64,000 nt of DNA from Eledone cirrhosa (lineage: Eukaryota), in NCBI GenBank assembly GCA_964016885.1, contig OZ024744.1:39742001-39806000 (forward strand), read 5' to 3'. Each line of letters opens with the position of its first letter. Position 1 is the stretch's first letter. Below are positions 32,403-43,778 of this stretch, piece after piece. The notes under the pieces were generated by a model that was not told the DNA's origin, made no database searches, and saw only the letters and a program-made list of their open reading frames with translations. Position numbers and translations under genes: made by a program.

Positions 32403-33835
32403 ATCATCATCATCATCATCGTTTAACGTCCATCTTCCACGCTTGCATGGGTTTGGACGGGAGTTTTCCCACTTGAGGCAAGATTTGTTGTCTTGCTCGT
32501 ATAGGACTGTCTGGCGGGTTTTCTATGGCTGGATGCCCTTCCTAACACCAACCACGTTTACAGTGTGGACTGGGAGGTTTTTACCGTGTTACCTACATGG
32601 CCACATTACAGCGTGGACTGTGTGTGTTTTTTTTTTGTGACACCTACACAACCTCAATTTGTTTCGGCCTGGATGTTGTGGTACCAACATAACTTTACAT
32701 TGAAAGGGGGTGGTGTATTTTTGTTAGAGGTGCCTACTGACTGTAGGTTTCGCTTTGTACTTAGGCAAGGCGGGTCTTCTGTATTACTGTGTAGCGCCAA
32801 AGATCTCGGTCCAGTGACATTGTCTTGGAGAGGTGTAAGTGTGTGAGGTCGGAATTTATCAAGTCGTCCCAGGTTTTTCTGGGTCTGCCTACTCCGTGGC
32901 TACCGTCTATTTTTATCGCCCTGCACTTTTTTATACAACTGTCGTCTTTCATGCGCATCACGTGACCATACCAACGTAGTCTTCTCTCGAGTAAACAACA
33001 TCTGATTCCTCTTATTCCTAATTTCTCCCTTAGTTCATTTACGCTTTGCCATTCACGTATATTACTATTACACATCCAGCGGAACATGCAGCCTTCGTTC
33101 CTCTCCAGTCTGTGTATATCCTCTGCACACAATGCCCAAGTCTCACTGCCATGTAACATTGCTGTTCGTATGCTGGCATCATACAGACTGCCTTTCATTT
33201 TTAGAGAGAACCCTTTAGCGGCTAATAGTGGTATAAGCTCTCTGAACTTTTTCCATCCCGTTCTGACTCTAGCTACTGTACTTTCAGAGCACCCTCCACC
33301 TCTGCTGATTTTGTCACCCAAGTAACGGAAGGTGTCCACTATTTCTATAGAACCATCTGTGCAATGGAATGAGCTAGTATTCTGTGGGCACTTGCTGCTA
33401 CTTATTGCACCTGAGCACCGGCCACATATAAAATCTATATTCTTAGTTAGCTTACCTGTGATCCCACTACATCTTTTATGCACCCATACTTTGCATTTGG
33501 GACATAAAATGGAGTTGGTGCCTACTCCTTTCCTACACACTGAGCATGGCCATTTCCCAGATGGGACCAGTGCCCTATTTTCCTTCCTACAAACTAGAAC
33601 TTTAGTCTTAGACAGGTTAATTTTAAGGCTTTTTGATTCACCAAGTTACTCTCCTCCTGTCTATAGGTCTGCTCCAGCCACAGGTTTCATCTGTCGCCTT
33701 CAGCAGGTTAGCTTTCAGGAATTCCCACTGTTCCTCTATATTGTACGACTCTAATTGCTCTTCCTTACTATCAAAAGCAACAAGTAATATGCTTTTAAAT
33801 TTATTACTGGCTGTGGGGTCCTTTAACTTCCATAT
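32403..33835 (-). mobile_element. RTE family A copy with an internal deletion of the RT core
   Basis: The 3' UTR, C-terminus and PHD region join directly to the EN-RT linker at about 33640. Confidence 0.88.
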
Positions 33836-33967
33836 TTGTGTGTATTTATATGTATGTGTATATTTATATGTATGTGTATATGTATATGTTTGTATGTGTA
33901 TATGTGTGTATATATATGTGTGTGTGTTTATATATATATATATTTGTATTGGTGTTCTAAAATAGCA

Positions 33968-34300
33968 ATCATCATCATCATCATTTTACTTTTCCCTGCT
34001 TGCAAGGGTGGTACGGAAACTGATTCTGGCTTGATTTCTACAGCTGGATGCCCTTCCTAACACCAACCTCATTTACAGTGCGTGCTGGGTGCTTTTTTGT
34101 TGTGGCGTCTCCACAACCACTTTGCAGTGGAATGATATGGACCCCAGTCCCTATCATCTCATTTCTACACCTGAGTAAACGAGCAATGTGAAATAAAGTG
34201 TCTTTTTCAAGGAAACAACACATCACCCGGTCTGAGAATTGAACTCACAACCTTTCGATTGCAAGGCCAATGCTCTAACCACTAAGCCATGTGCCTCCAT
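33968..34300 (-). mobile_element. CORE-type SINE with RTE tail
   Basis: Reverse-complement homologue of 24442-24789. Confidence 0.8.
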
Positions 34301-34541
34301 GTGCCAATACACATATAAATGTACATATTGTATATTTAATAATATACGGGATGTTTATGAAAAGCATTTTGAAGGCCTTTCACTATGAATTTTAAGGTTG
34401 AGAACTACCACTTTACAGAATTGTACTGGCAACAGCACTATCACTTTATAGAGTGTGCTGTGAGAAATAAATCTTTTTGACTCACATAAGTTTATTCAAT
34501 AAACTTACATTTTATTTTTGTAAAATAATCTAATTTTTCAG

Positions 34542-34740
34542 GGTATTACAAGAAGAATTCGAGAAACGAGAAGAGCTTGAAAGACTGAAAATTATACAAG
34601 AGCAACTATTGGCAGAAGAACAATCAAAGAGAGAGGGTGTTGAAGAGGAAAGGAACAGGCAAGCACAACTTTTGGCTGCTGCCAAACTGGAGCTGGAACA
34701 GCTTCAAAGAGAGCGCAGTGCTGCTGATGAACAGCTGCAG
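34542..34740 (+). CDS. Exon of the SWAP70/DEF6-like gene (coiled coil)
   Basis: Acceptor taatttttcag| completes the split Arg codon (AG+G). Peptide VLQEEFEKREELERLK...ERSAADEQLQ; donor CAG|gtcagt. Confidence 0.8.
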
Positions 34741-34827
34741 GTCAGTGGTTAGTACCACCCTATCTCACCATTCCTTCCTGACAGAAAAACCAATAAAAAA
34801 AAACCTCCTTCTTTTCTAAATAAATCC

Positions 34828-34882
<55 letters not shown>

Positions 34883-34907
34883 ATTATTATTATTATTACT
34901 ATTAATA

Positions 34908-35105
34908 AGGGCAGTGGATTGTCAGTACCGGTAGAGGGTCGGACGCCATGCTTTGACGCATAGAGTTACGGCCCTTGCCATTCTGAGTTCAAATCCCGCC
35001 GAGGTTAACTTTGCCTTTCATCCTTATAGGGGTCGATAAAATAAAGTACCAGTAATACACTGGGTAATTGCTGGCCTTGTGCCAAAAGTAGAAACAATTA
35101 TTATT
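34908..35105 (+). mobile_element. Second SINE family (octopus OK-like) with (TTA)n tail; further copies at about 35980-36180, 39872-40058, 40398-40595, 41762-41957 and 49766-49945
   Basis: Shared GGTGGATTGGCAG...GAGTTCAAATCC (B box)...TTTGCCTTTCATCC...GCTGGCCTTGTGCCAAAAGTAGAAAC; target-site duplications visible at two copies. Confidence 0.78.
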
Positions 35106-35347
35106 ACTATTAATATGAATATTATTATTGTTGTTGTTATTATATTGTTTGGTAAGGGGGGAGGGAGGGGGAGACTGAGTGAATCGGAAAAGTATCGGAC
35201 AAATGCTTCGCAGTATTTGAACTGGCTTTATATATTCTGAGTTCAAATCTCACTGAGCCTTTTATCCTTCCGAGATTGATCAAATAAATACTGGGGTCAA
35301 TATAATTGACTATCTCTTTTCCCAAATTGCTGGCCTTGTATTTAAAT

Positions 35348-35775
35348 TAGAAATCATTGAGAGTTTCTGGTAGGGTACCCCGCTAATGTACCCCGATAGT
35401 GAACATCGGTAGGGTACCCGATAGTGTACCCCGGTTGTGTACTCCAGTAGTGAACCTCGGTAGGGTACCCCGGTAGTGAACCCTGGTTGTGTACCCCAGT
35501 AGTGAACCTCAGTAGGGTACCCCGGTAGTGAACCTCAGTAGGGTACCCCAGTAGTGAACCTCAGTAGGGTACCCCAGTAGTGTTCCTTGGTAGTGAACCT
35601 CGGTAGTGAACGTCGGTAGTGTACCTCAGTAGTGTATCCCGGTAGGGTACCACAGTAATGTACTCCGTTAGTGAACCTCGGTAGGGTACATCAGTAGTGT
35701 ACCCCGGTAGTGTACTCCGTTAGTGAACCTCGGAAGGGTACCACGGTAGTGTAGCCCAGTAGGGTACCACGGTAG
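35348..35775. repeat. GC-rich minisatellite of about 13-bp units (GTAGGGTACCCCG / GTAGTGAACCTCG variants)
   Basis: Directly visible tandem units. Confidence 0.9.
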
Positions 35776-36369
35776 TCTTGAGGTGTGTGCAGTATTTCGT
35801 TCTTATTTTTGTGGGTGTTGGAGGAATATATATTCCTCCTCTCACTACTACTACTGCTGTTAGTGTCAGGGAAAATGTTTTGTGCTCCGTATTCCATTTT
35901 TTCATGTTCTGAGTTCAAATCCTGCCAAATTGCTAACCTTGAACTAAGAAATAATTGTTATTATTATTATTATTAACAAGGGCGGTGGATTGGCAGTATC
36001 GGTAGAAGATTGGATATCATGCTTTGCAGCATAGAGTTACGGCCCTTTATAATCTGAGTTCAAATCCGGCCGAGGTTAACTTTGCATTTCATCCTTATGG
36101 GGTCGATAAAATAAAGTACTAGTAATGCACTGGTGTAATTGCTGGCCTTGTGCCAAAAGTAGAAATAATTATTATTATTAACATTAGAGCATAGAACAAA
36201 ATTCTTTGTTGCATTCGTTTTGAGTTCAAATCCCAGGAAAGTCAACATTGTCTTTCATTCTTTTATAGTCAATAAAATAAAATTTCAATCAAATATTGGG
36301 AATGATTTAATTGACTTTCCCTAGTCCTCATTCTAGTTACTTGATTAACAGATGCCTTCTAATATACAC

Positions 36370-36785
36370 AAGTATATCACTAGAATACGATTGCGAATGC
36401 AAGCAGTCGATATGGGATTCCTCCAACAGGTCTTTAGAGTAATATTACTTGATATAGTGTGTAGCTTGGAGATCAGAGAGTCACTCCAGGTAGAGCCACT
36501 ACTTCTCCAAATTGAGAGACCACAGCTCCGATACTATGGGTATGTTGTTAGAATGTCTCAGGAAAGAATTGCTGGACATATTTTACAGGCAAAACCAACT
36601 GGCATTAGAGCCAGTGGTAGACCACTAGCAAGATGGTTGGATAACATCCATGAGCTTGGCTGGTCTTGCTTGGGGATCCAGTCAGATCAGTTGGAGATGC
36701 TTACTTCTGATAGGACCCACTGGAAGGAGTGTTTGAGAACTCTGCCCCAACGACCCTTTCTGGAATTAGTGGGTGAAGAAGAATT
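36370..36785 (+). mobile_element. Decayed 3' end of a third RTE family; related fragment at about 19285-19460 on -
   Basis: EIRESLQVEPLLLQIERPQLRYYGYVVRM...GRPLARWLDNI. Confidence 0.75.
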
Positions 36786-37649
36786 ATATTACTAGTACTT
36801 ACACAGATTGAAGAGAGATTATAAGTAAATATAATATTGATTTCTGATGAATACACACAAAGATCATTATATATGATTGATATTTTATGTATTAGCAGTG
36901 TCATATTCATATTTCTAATGAAAGTCACTGCCAAATGTTCAAATGTTTGCAAGAAAGAGGACTCCATTAAAAGGACTGAAGGGTCAGGTGATGAAGTTAA
37001 ACTGGATGAGAGATAAAGTCTATCACCTTAAAATCTGATCTTATTCAACCTTTTAGCTTTTAAACTAGCTATATCTGGCCAGAATTCTCTCACCTCTTTC
37101 TGTTCAAACCAGATGTAACTGGCCATTCATACTGATGTTAAGGTATTGTTCTCAAAATAAATAATATCAAAATCTCATAGATTTGATATTATGCGAGATA
37201 ATTACCATGAAAAAATAATAGTAAATGTGAGATAATTATGTAAGGTAAAGCCTTTACCATGAAAATATAATAGTATATATAGAGTAATGTAAATGCTAAA
37301 GGGTTAAAAAAATAAATAAAACAGTACACACTGGATAATGCAGTTTAAGTTTCAACAGAGAAAAAAGACATAATCGTTATAGTTAGAATGGCATGGATAA
37401 TAGGTTTGTCAGCTTATTAGGACACACTTAGGGCTAAACAATGATAATAACAACAACAGTACATATACCTATGCAGTTGTAGTTGCTGAAGATTTCAATC
37501 TTTCCTTAGATTAACCTACTATGACATTTTAACACTTTAATTTTAATTTAATTTAATTTATTTTAAACACACTCACAGGCAAGTACTTACATTACATTCA
37601 TCATCATCATCATCATTTTACGTCCGTTCTCTCTCTCTCTATATATATA

Positions 37650-37750
37650 CAGGGTGTTCCAAAACAATGTATACACACTTCAACACCCTTCTAATAAATA
37701 TTGCCCGTATGGGTAATCAAAGTGTGTATACATTTTTTTGGGACATCCTG
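37650..37750. mobile_element. Tc1/mariner-type MITE, 101 bp
   Basis: About 31-bp inverted ends CAGGGTGTTCCAAAACAATGTATACACACTT and AAGTGTGTATACATTTTTTTGGGACATCCTG, flanked by TA. Confidence 0.8.
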
Positions 37751-38015
37751 TATAAATAGTAATAACAGTTTCAGAAGATCCCTTAAAAGGAGCAATTCTT
37801 TGCTTAAACTTTAATCTCTTAATATGTACTACAAATATATATATATGAAAAAAATATATATTGTGTGTGCGTGTATGTGTAAGTATGGAAAGATACTGGA
37901 TGTTGATATGTATATGTATTATGTATATGTATGGATGAAAGGCAAAGTTGACCTCAGTGGAAAATGAACTGAGTGAATAGAGAACCAGAATGAATACCGA
38001 AAAGCACTTTATGAT

Positions 38016-38055
<40 letters not shown>

Positions 38056-41000
38056 TATATATGTATACATATATATGTATCATCATCATCATCATCATCG
38101 TTTAACACCTATTTTCCACACTAGCATGGGTTAGACTGGTTGATCCATTTAAAGCAAGTCCGGTCAGGTGACTGTGCTCATACAGAACTGTTTTTGGCTT
38201 GGTTTCTATGGTTGGATACCCTTCCTAACACCAACCACATTTACAGTGTGGGTTGGGGCAGGGATGAGGGGTGGGGTGTTAGAACATAGGAAATGTGCAG
38301 AAGGGGGAGGATATGTACGAATAACCATGGGATTTGCACCTAGGAAGTTCCACTCCGAGACAGAAGTGCGAGCATGTTTGTTTGTGGAAGACCAACAGTC
38401 ACCCATGCATACCAGTCTCCTCTCCATGCCACTGTCGCAACTCATTTCTACAGTTGAGTGAACTGAAGCAGCGTGAAATAAAATGTCTTGCTGAAGAACA
38501 CAACACAAAACCTGGTCTGAGAATTGAACTTTCAATCTCCAACCACTGATCCATGCACCTTTACTATATATGTATACATATATAATTATTAGGGCTAGTT
38601 ACTACAACAGCGCCATACCAGGAATGTATGTTTCATTGGACTAGAGGGCCAACTTGTGTTAAAGGTCTTGTGATATTGGTGCTGTGGTGGAAAGAGCCTC
38701 TGGATCATTCCAAAGAACAACTTGAAGAAAGGTCTCACTACTTCAGCATTGTAGGGTTAATTGTACATGTGGCCCTATGCTTCCAGTTCCTACAGTAGTA
38801 ATGCCCAGAAAGTTGACTGACCTCAGGTGGCGTATGATCTTTATCCTGAATACCAAGTTCATGAAGAACTCCAGGAAGTCTTTCCTAGTCCAGTTGGTTG
38901 TGTGGTGACTGCAGTTATAGGGGACAAGGAGGCTATTGTCCAGTACAGGCCCTTGCCAACCAGAAGCCAGCAATATTTCAGTTTTGATAAGATATATACT
39001 CCAAGAAGATCCATGATTCCTGCCAAGTTGGGGGCTCCATGCTTACATCTACAGGGAGTCAGGGAACCACCAGGCCCAGAGCGATCCATCAAAGTTTGGA
39101 ATGATATGGCAAACATGTAAAATAATGTCATAAAGTGATCCTCTATTATAGAAAAGTACTGGCACAATCTAAGACTCTTTTCAGTAAGGCTGCAGAGTGA
39201 TTGAGGCAGAGTAGTTTTCTATGTTGCATGAGAGGAATCTAGTTTCCTTCTTCTTATTATTTATTTTATAGAACCAATTGATGACTTCTGTCACGTTGAG
39301 CCATAGGTTTGCAGTGCTTCTTGACCTTAGTTATCATGCAGTCTAATAACTGCTTTCTTATTCATCTGATGTCTGACATTGTGGGATTGATTACCCATAT
39401 TATTGCCTGTGTTTGTGATTTTCAACATTTCCTAAGCATATGTATATATATATAAAGTGGTCATGTAGGTGTTATGACAAAGATCACCCAGTCCACACGG
39501 TAAAGAGGTCGTGTAGGTGCCATGGTAAAGTGGCCGTGTAGTCAAAACTGAAAAAGCACCCAGAACTCACTGTAAATGAGGTTGGTGTTAGGAAGGGCAT
39601 CCAGCTGTAGAAATCAAGCCAGAATCAGTTCTTTATAAGCAAGACATAGTCACCTGACCTGGCATTGTCCATAACAGGACAAACCGTCTAACCCAATCTA
39701 GGGTGGAAGAATGGACGTAAAATGGTCATGATGATGATGATGATGATATATATGTGTGTGTGTATCCCGGGTTCATTCCTGATGATTTCCTTCGAATGAA
39801 ACAGTTCTAGTCCTGTAGAAGCCATTTCTATGTTATATATATATATATAACATCATTATTTAATATAGTTATGGTGGTGGATTGGCAGTATCGGTAGAGG
39901 GTCGGACGCCATGCTTTCCAGCATAGTTACGTCCCTTTACGATCTGAGTTCAAATCCTGCCGAGGTTGACTTTTCCTTTCATCCTTACGGGATCGATAAA
40001 AATAAAGTACCAGTAATGCACTGGGTAATTTGCTGGCCTTGTGCCTAAAGTAGAAACAATTATTTAATATAGTTATAACTTCTCCATGACTAAAACTGTT
40101 TCATTTGTATGACAACATCAGGAATGATGATTTTATGCATATTATGCATTATATATATATAATGCATATTTATTCAAACATCTGCCATATATGGTGAATA
40201 TGTGAGGAATACATCACATATTCTTATTCAAGCTCTTGTTCACTTGATAGCAGGAAAGTATATAATTAATTAAAACGATCCTTCGGGGTGAAATATGGTA
40301 CATGTGGGCAAATAGGTTTTGTCTGGTCTTATAATCCGTTGCCAATCCTGTTAATTTTATTGAAGGTTGGACTTTTTGTAATGTTATTATGAATGAACTT
40401 GACGCATAGAGTTACGGCCCTTGCTATTCTGAGTTCAAATCCCGCCGAGGTTAACTTTGCCTAGTTACGGCCCTTGCTATTCTGAGTTCAAATCCCGCCG
40501 AGGTTAACTTTGCCTTTCATCCTTACGGGGTTGATAAAATAAAGTACCAGTAATGCACTGGGATAATTGCTGGCCTTGTGCCAAAAGTAGAAACAGTTAT
40601 TATGAATGAATAAGTGGTTGTGCTCAGGATCAATGAGATACAGATTATATTTTATTTGAATGTACCAGAATACATAGAATCAAACTCTATAAGTTTGGGA
40701 ATTTGAGAGGTACAGAGTCCGATTCTGTGTTGTGACAGCTAGCCACTTTCTCTGTCTATGGGGAATTTTACCCAATTTTCTAAGCTATAATTTATAGCAA
40801 TCAACTGTGTTCACAGTTATTTCCCGTGTTCGAGGTTTTCTACATTTCCTAAGCATATGTGTGTGTGTGTATATATATATACTTATATATTTATTCAGTT
40901 GATGAAAGTTGGTTGATCAAATAATTTACCTACTTTTTCATAAACAGATAGATGTAAAGCACTCAATAATTTGTATTGTTTAGAATTTTCTCCGTAAGGT

Positions 41001-41374
41001 ATCAACTGGAGTTGTAATATAATAAATAAGAGAGATGGTTTTATTATATATCATCATCATCATCATCATCACCATTTTACGTCCATTCTTCCACACTAGC
41101 ATGGGTTAGACGGGTTGTCCTGTTGTGGGCAGTGTCCGGTCGGCTGACCTTGTCTTGCTCATACGGGAACTGATTCTGGCTATATATATATAATGCATAT
41201 TTGTCCAAATATTTGCCTATATATGGTGAGGCATACATCACATACTTATTCAGGCTTGTAAGTATATCATTAATTAAAATTAACTATCTTTTGTAAGTTT
41301 GTAAATAGAAAACTGTTTTTTTTTACATATGTGTGGATATGAAAAACAGGGAGCAACCTTTTTCAAAATGTCTT

Positions 41375-42100
41375 CATTGGCATCATCATCATCACTATCA
41401 GAACCATCATCATCATTGTCGTTTTCACCACCATCATCATCAGCAGCGCCACCATCACTACCATCATTGTTGTCATCATCATCATCACCACTACCACCTC
41501 CATCACTACCTTCACGATCACCACCTATCATCATCACCACCGCTACTATCATAACCACCCTCAAAATGTCCTTGTCAGCATTATCATCAATACCATTAAT
41601 GTCACCACCACAATCATCACTATCATTATTATCATCATCCTCACCACATTCCTTCTCAGCCCTTCCACCACCACCATCATCATTATCATCATCACCAACA
41701 CCAACGCCATCATCCCACCAATGCCACCAACATTATCATTATAAGGGCAGGGGATGTGCTAGGGTGGTGGATTGGCAGTATCGTAGAGGGTCGGACGCGA
41801 TGCTTTGTATCATAGAGTTATGGCCCTTTATGATCTGAGTTCAAATCCCGCCGAGGTTAACTTTGCCTTTCATCCTTACGGGGTCTATAAAATAAAGTAC
41901 CAGTAATGTACTGGGTAATTGCTGGCCTTGTGCCAAAAGTAGAAACAATTATTATTATAATCGGCCCCATCATCATAAGCCTCACCATTGCCATCATCAT
42001 CATCTCCACCACCACCACCTCTACTGCCATCAGCATCATCATTATAATCACCATCTCCATCAGCTTCACCATCCCCATCACGCCACCTCCACCACCACCA
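41375..42100. repeat. Degenerate (CAT/CAC)n low-complexity tract interrupted by a SINE
   Basis: Directly visible. Confidence 0.85.
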
Positions 42101-42424
42101 CTGCTGCTGTTTGATGTATGCTAGTAACAATTAAATATTATAGAATAGTATTTTAGTTGCTAAAACATCATTAAGTCATTTTTGTTAAGATGTTATTATT
42201 GTCTTGAAATAAACAGGGTTATAAGTATTGTAAAAAGCGTGTTTTGGCTTTGTGTGAAAACATAATTTACTCAAAGAACTACTAAGTATCACAGCAAGTA
42301 TCTCGTGTCTTGTTTAAAAATGTGTCAAACCTCGTTCATCTCTCACTTGTTCAACACTATTAAAAGCAGTATATATTTTTGTGTGTGTATGTCTATATGT
42401 ACATCTGTATGTATGTATACAACA

Positions 42425-43015
42425 AGTGTTTTAAGACCATTTTGCCTTATCCTCTACTTCCCTCCTCACCAAACCCCTGGCTTTCATATCCTCCTCTATC
42501 ATCTTTAACCATATCTTTCTTGGTCTTTTCCTTCCTCTACTTCCTTCCACATTCATTTCCTTTACTTCTCTCACCCAGTCACTTTCATCTTTCCTCAACA
42601 TATGACCCAACCACCAAGCAATCTTATTCCATTTCTCTTTACAATATTCATCACTGACTCTATTCCCATTATCCGCTACAATTCATTCTTTGTCTTCCTC
42701 TCTCTTTCTGTCAGAGTATACCACTTATTCACCAGACATTTCTCATTGTTGTTCTTTCCGGCTTTCTCTCTTGCTCATCAACCATGTCACACTTCCATAT
42801 ATCACAACACTTCTTCTCACATGTGCAGCCAACAACTATCCCTTCCTTTTCAGTGATACACTTCCTCCTCATTAGCACACAACTCAGTTCCTGGAACTTC
42901 TTCCAAAGCACATCCCACTCTAGCTACTGGCAAAACTCATGGCCAATCATGGCTGGAAAAGCCCTCATGTCTCCCCTTCCTCTAAATTTGAGACCTTCTA
43001 CCTATGTTAGAAATC
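42425..43015 (-). mobile_element. Highly decayed RTE 3' fragment
   Basis: Residual WKKFQEL and a GR-rich C-terminus on the - strand. Confidence 0.55.
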
Positions 43016-43778
43016 AGTATTAATTTATAATATGCAGACCCAGGCATGAATCTTGTAAAAATACATGTAAAACTGATGGTGATGGTAATGGTAACGGTGG
43101 TGGGATGATGGTGATGAGGATGAGTTATACCATAGACACAATTCCACATATTTTTGTGATGATGGGCTTTGATTTGTGGTTATTTCCATATTTTCGTTTA
43201 GATAAAAAAAACACAAGCAATATTTGCTCTCAAGCCAATGGGTAGTCAACTTGGTAGAAATAACAATCAGATTTTCCTCAAATCACACCCTTCTAACATA
43301 AATTAAATGGATGCATTGGAGAGTGTTGTCTGTGGTACACTATGCCTGAAAAAAACATTATGATGCTCATGGCTTTACTGTAATACCCATGATCATAGGT
43401 CTGCTCAGTTATAGCTACTAAACCACAACAGCAACAGCAACAACAACATATTTTATGTAAACATAGTTTTAATCTTGCTGTGAAAATGTTCTGATTTAGC
43501 CCACTGTGTACATGTGTATGCATGCATGTATATGTGCGTATGTGTATGTATGATTATATATATCATCATCATCATCATCATTTTACGTCCACTTTTCCTT
43601 GCTTGCAAGGGTGGGATGTATATATATATGTATATATATATATATATGTTTATATATATAAACAGTTACATCTGACATTACACAGTAACTGATCATACAT
43701 AATTTGTCCTACAGACTGAATGTTCTAAACCCTTGGATATTTATACCAAGTTTGTACTATATATATATATATATATAT

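Noticed and set aside
35348-35775. CRISPR-like array
   Set aside because: Contiguous tandem units without unique spacers, in a eukaryotic context with no cas genes.
38590-39430. Possible host exon or LINE relic (YILSKLKYC)
   Set aside because: Too degenerate to assign; no convincing splice sites or continuous motif set.
39775-39815. CTGATGA...GAAAC hammerhead-like core
   Set aside because: No closing stem I or III was found, and the inverted partner at about 40095-40122 lacks the intact core.
41280-42130. Ser/Pro-, His- and Asp-rich ORFs
   Set aside because: Products of a degenerate (CAT)n tract with no splice or domain support.
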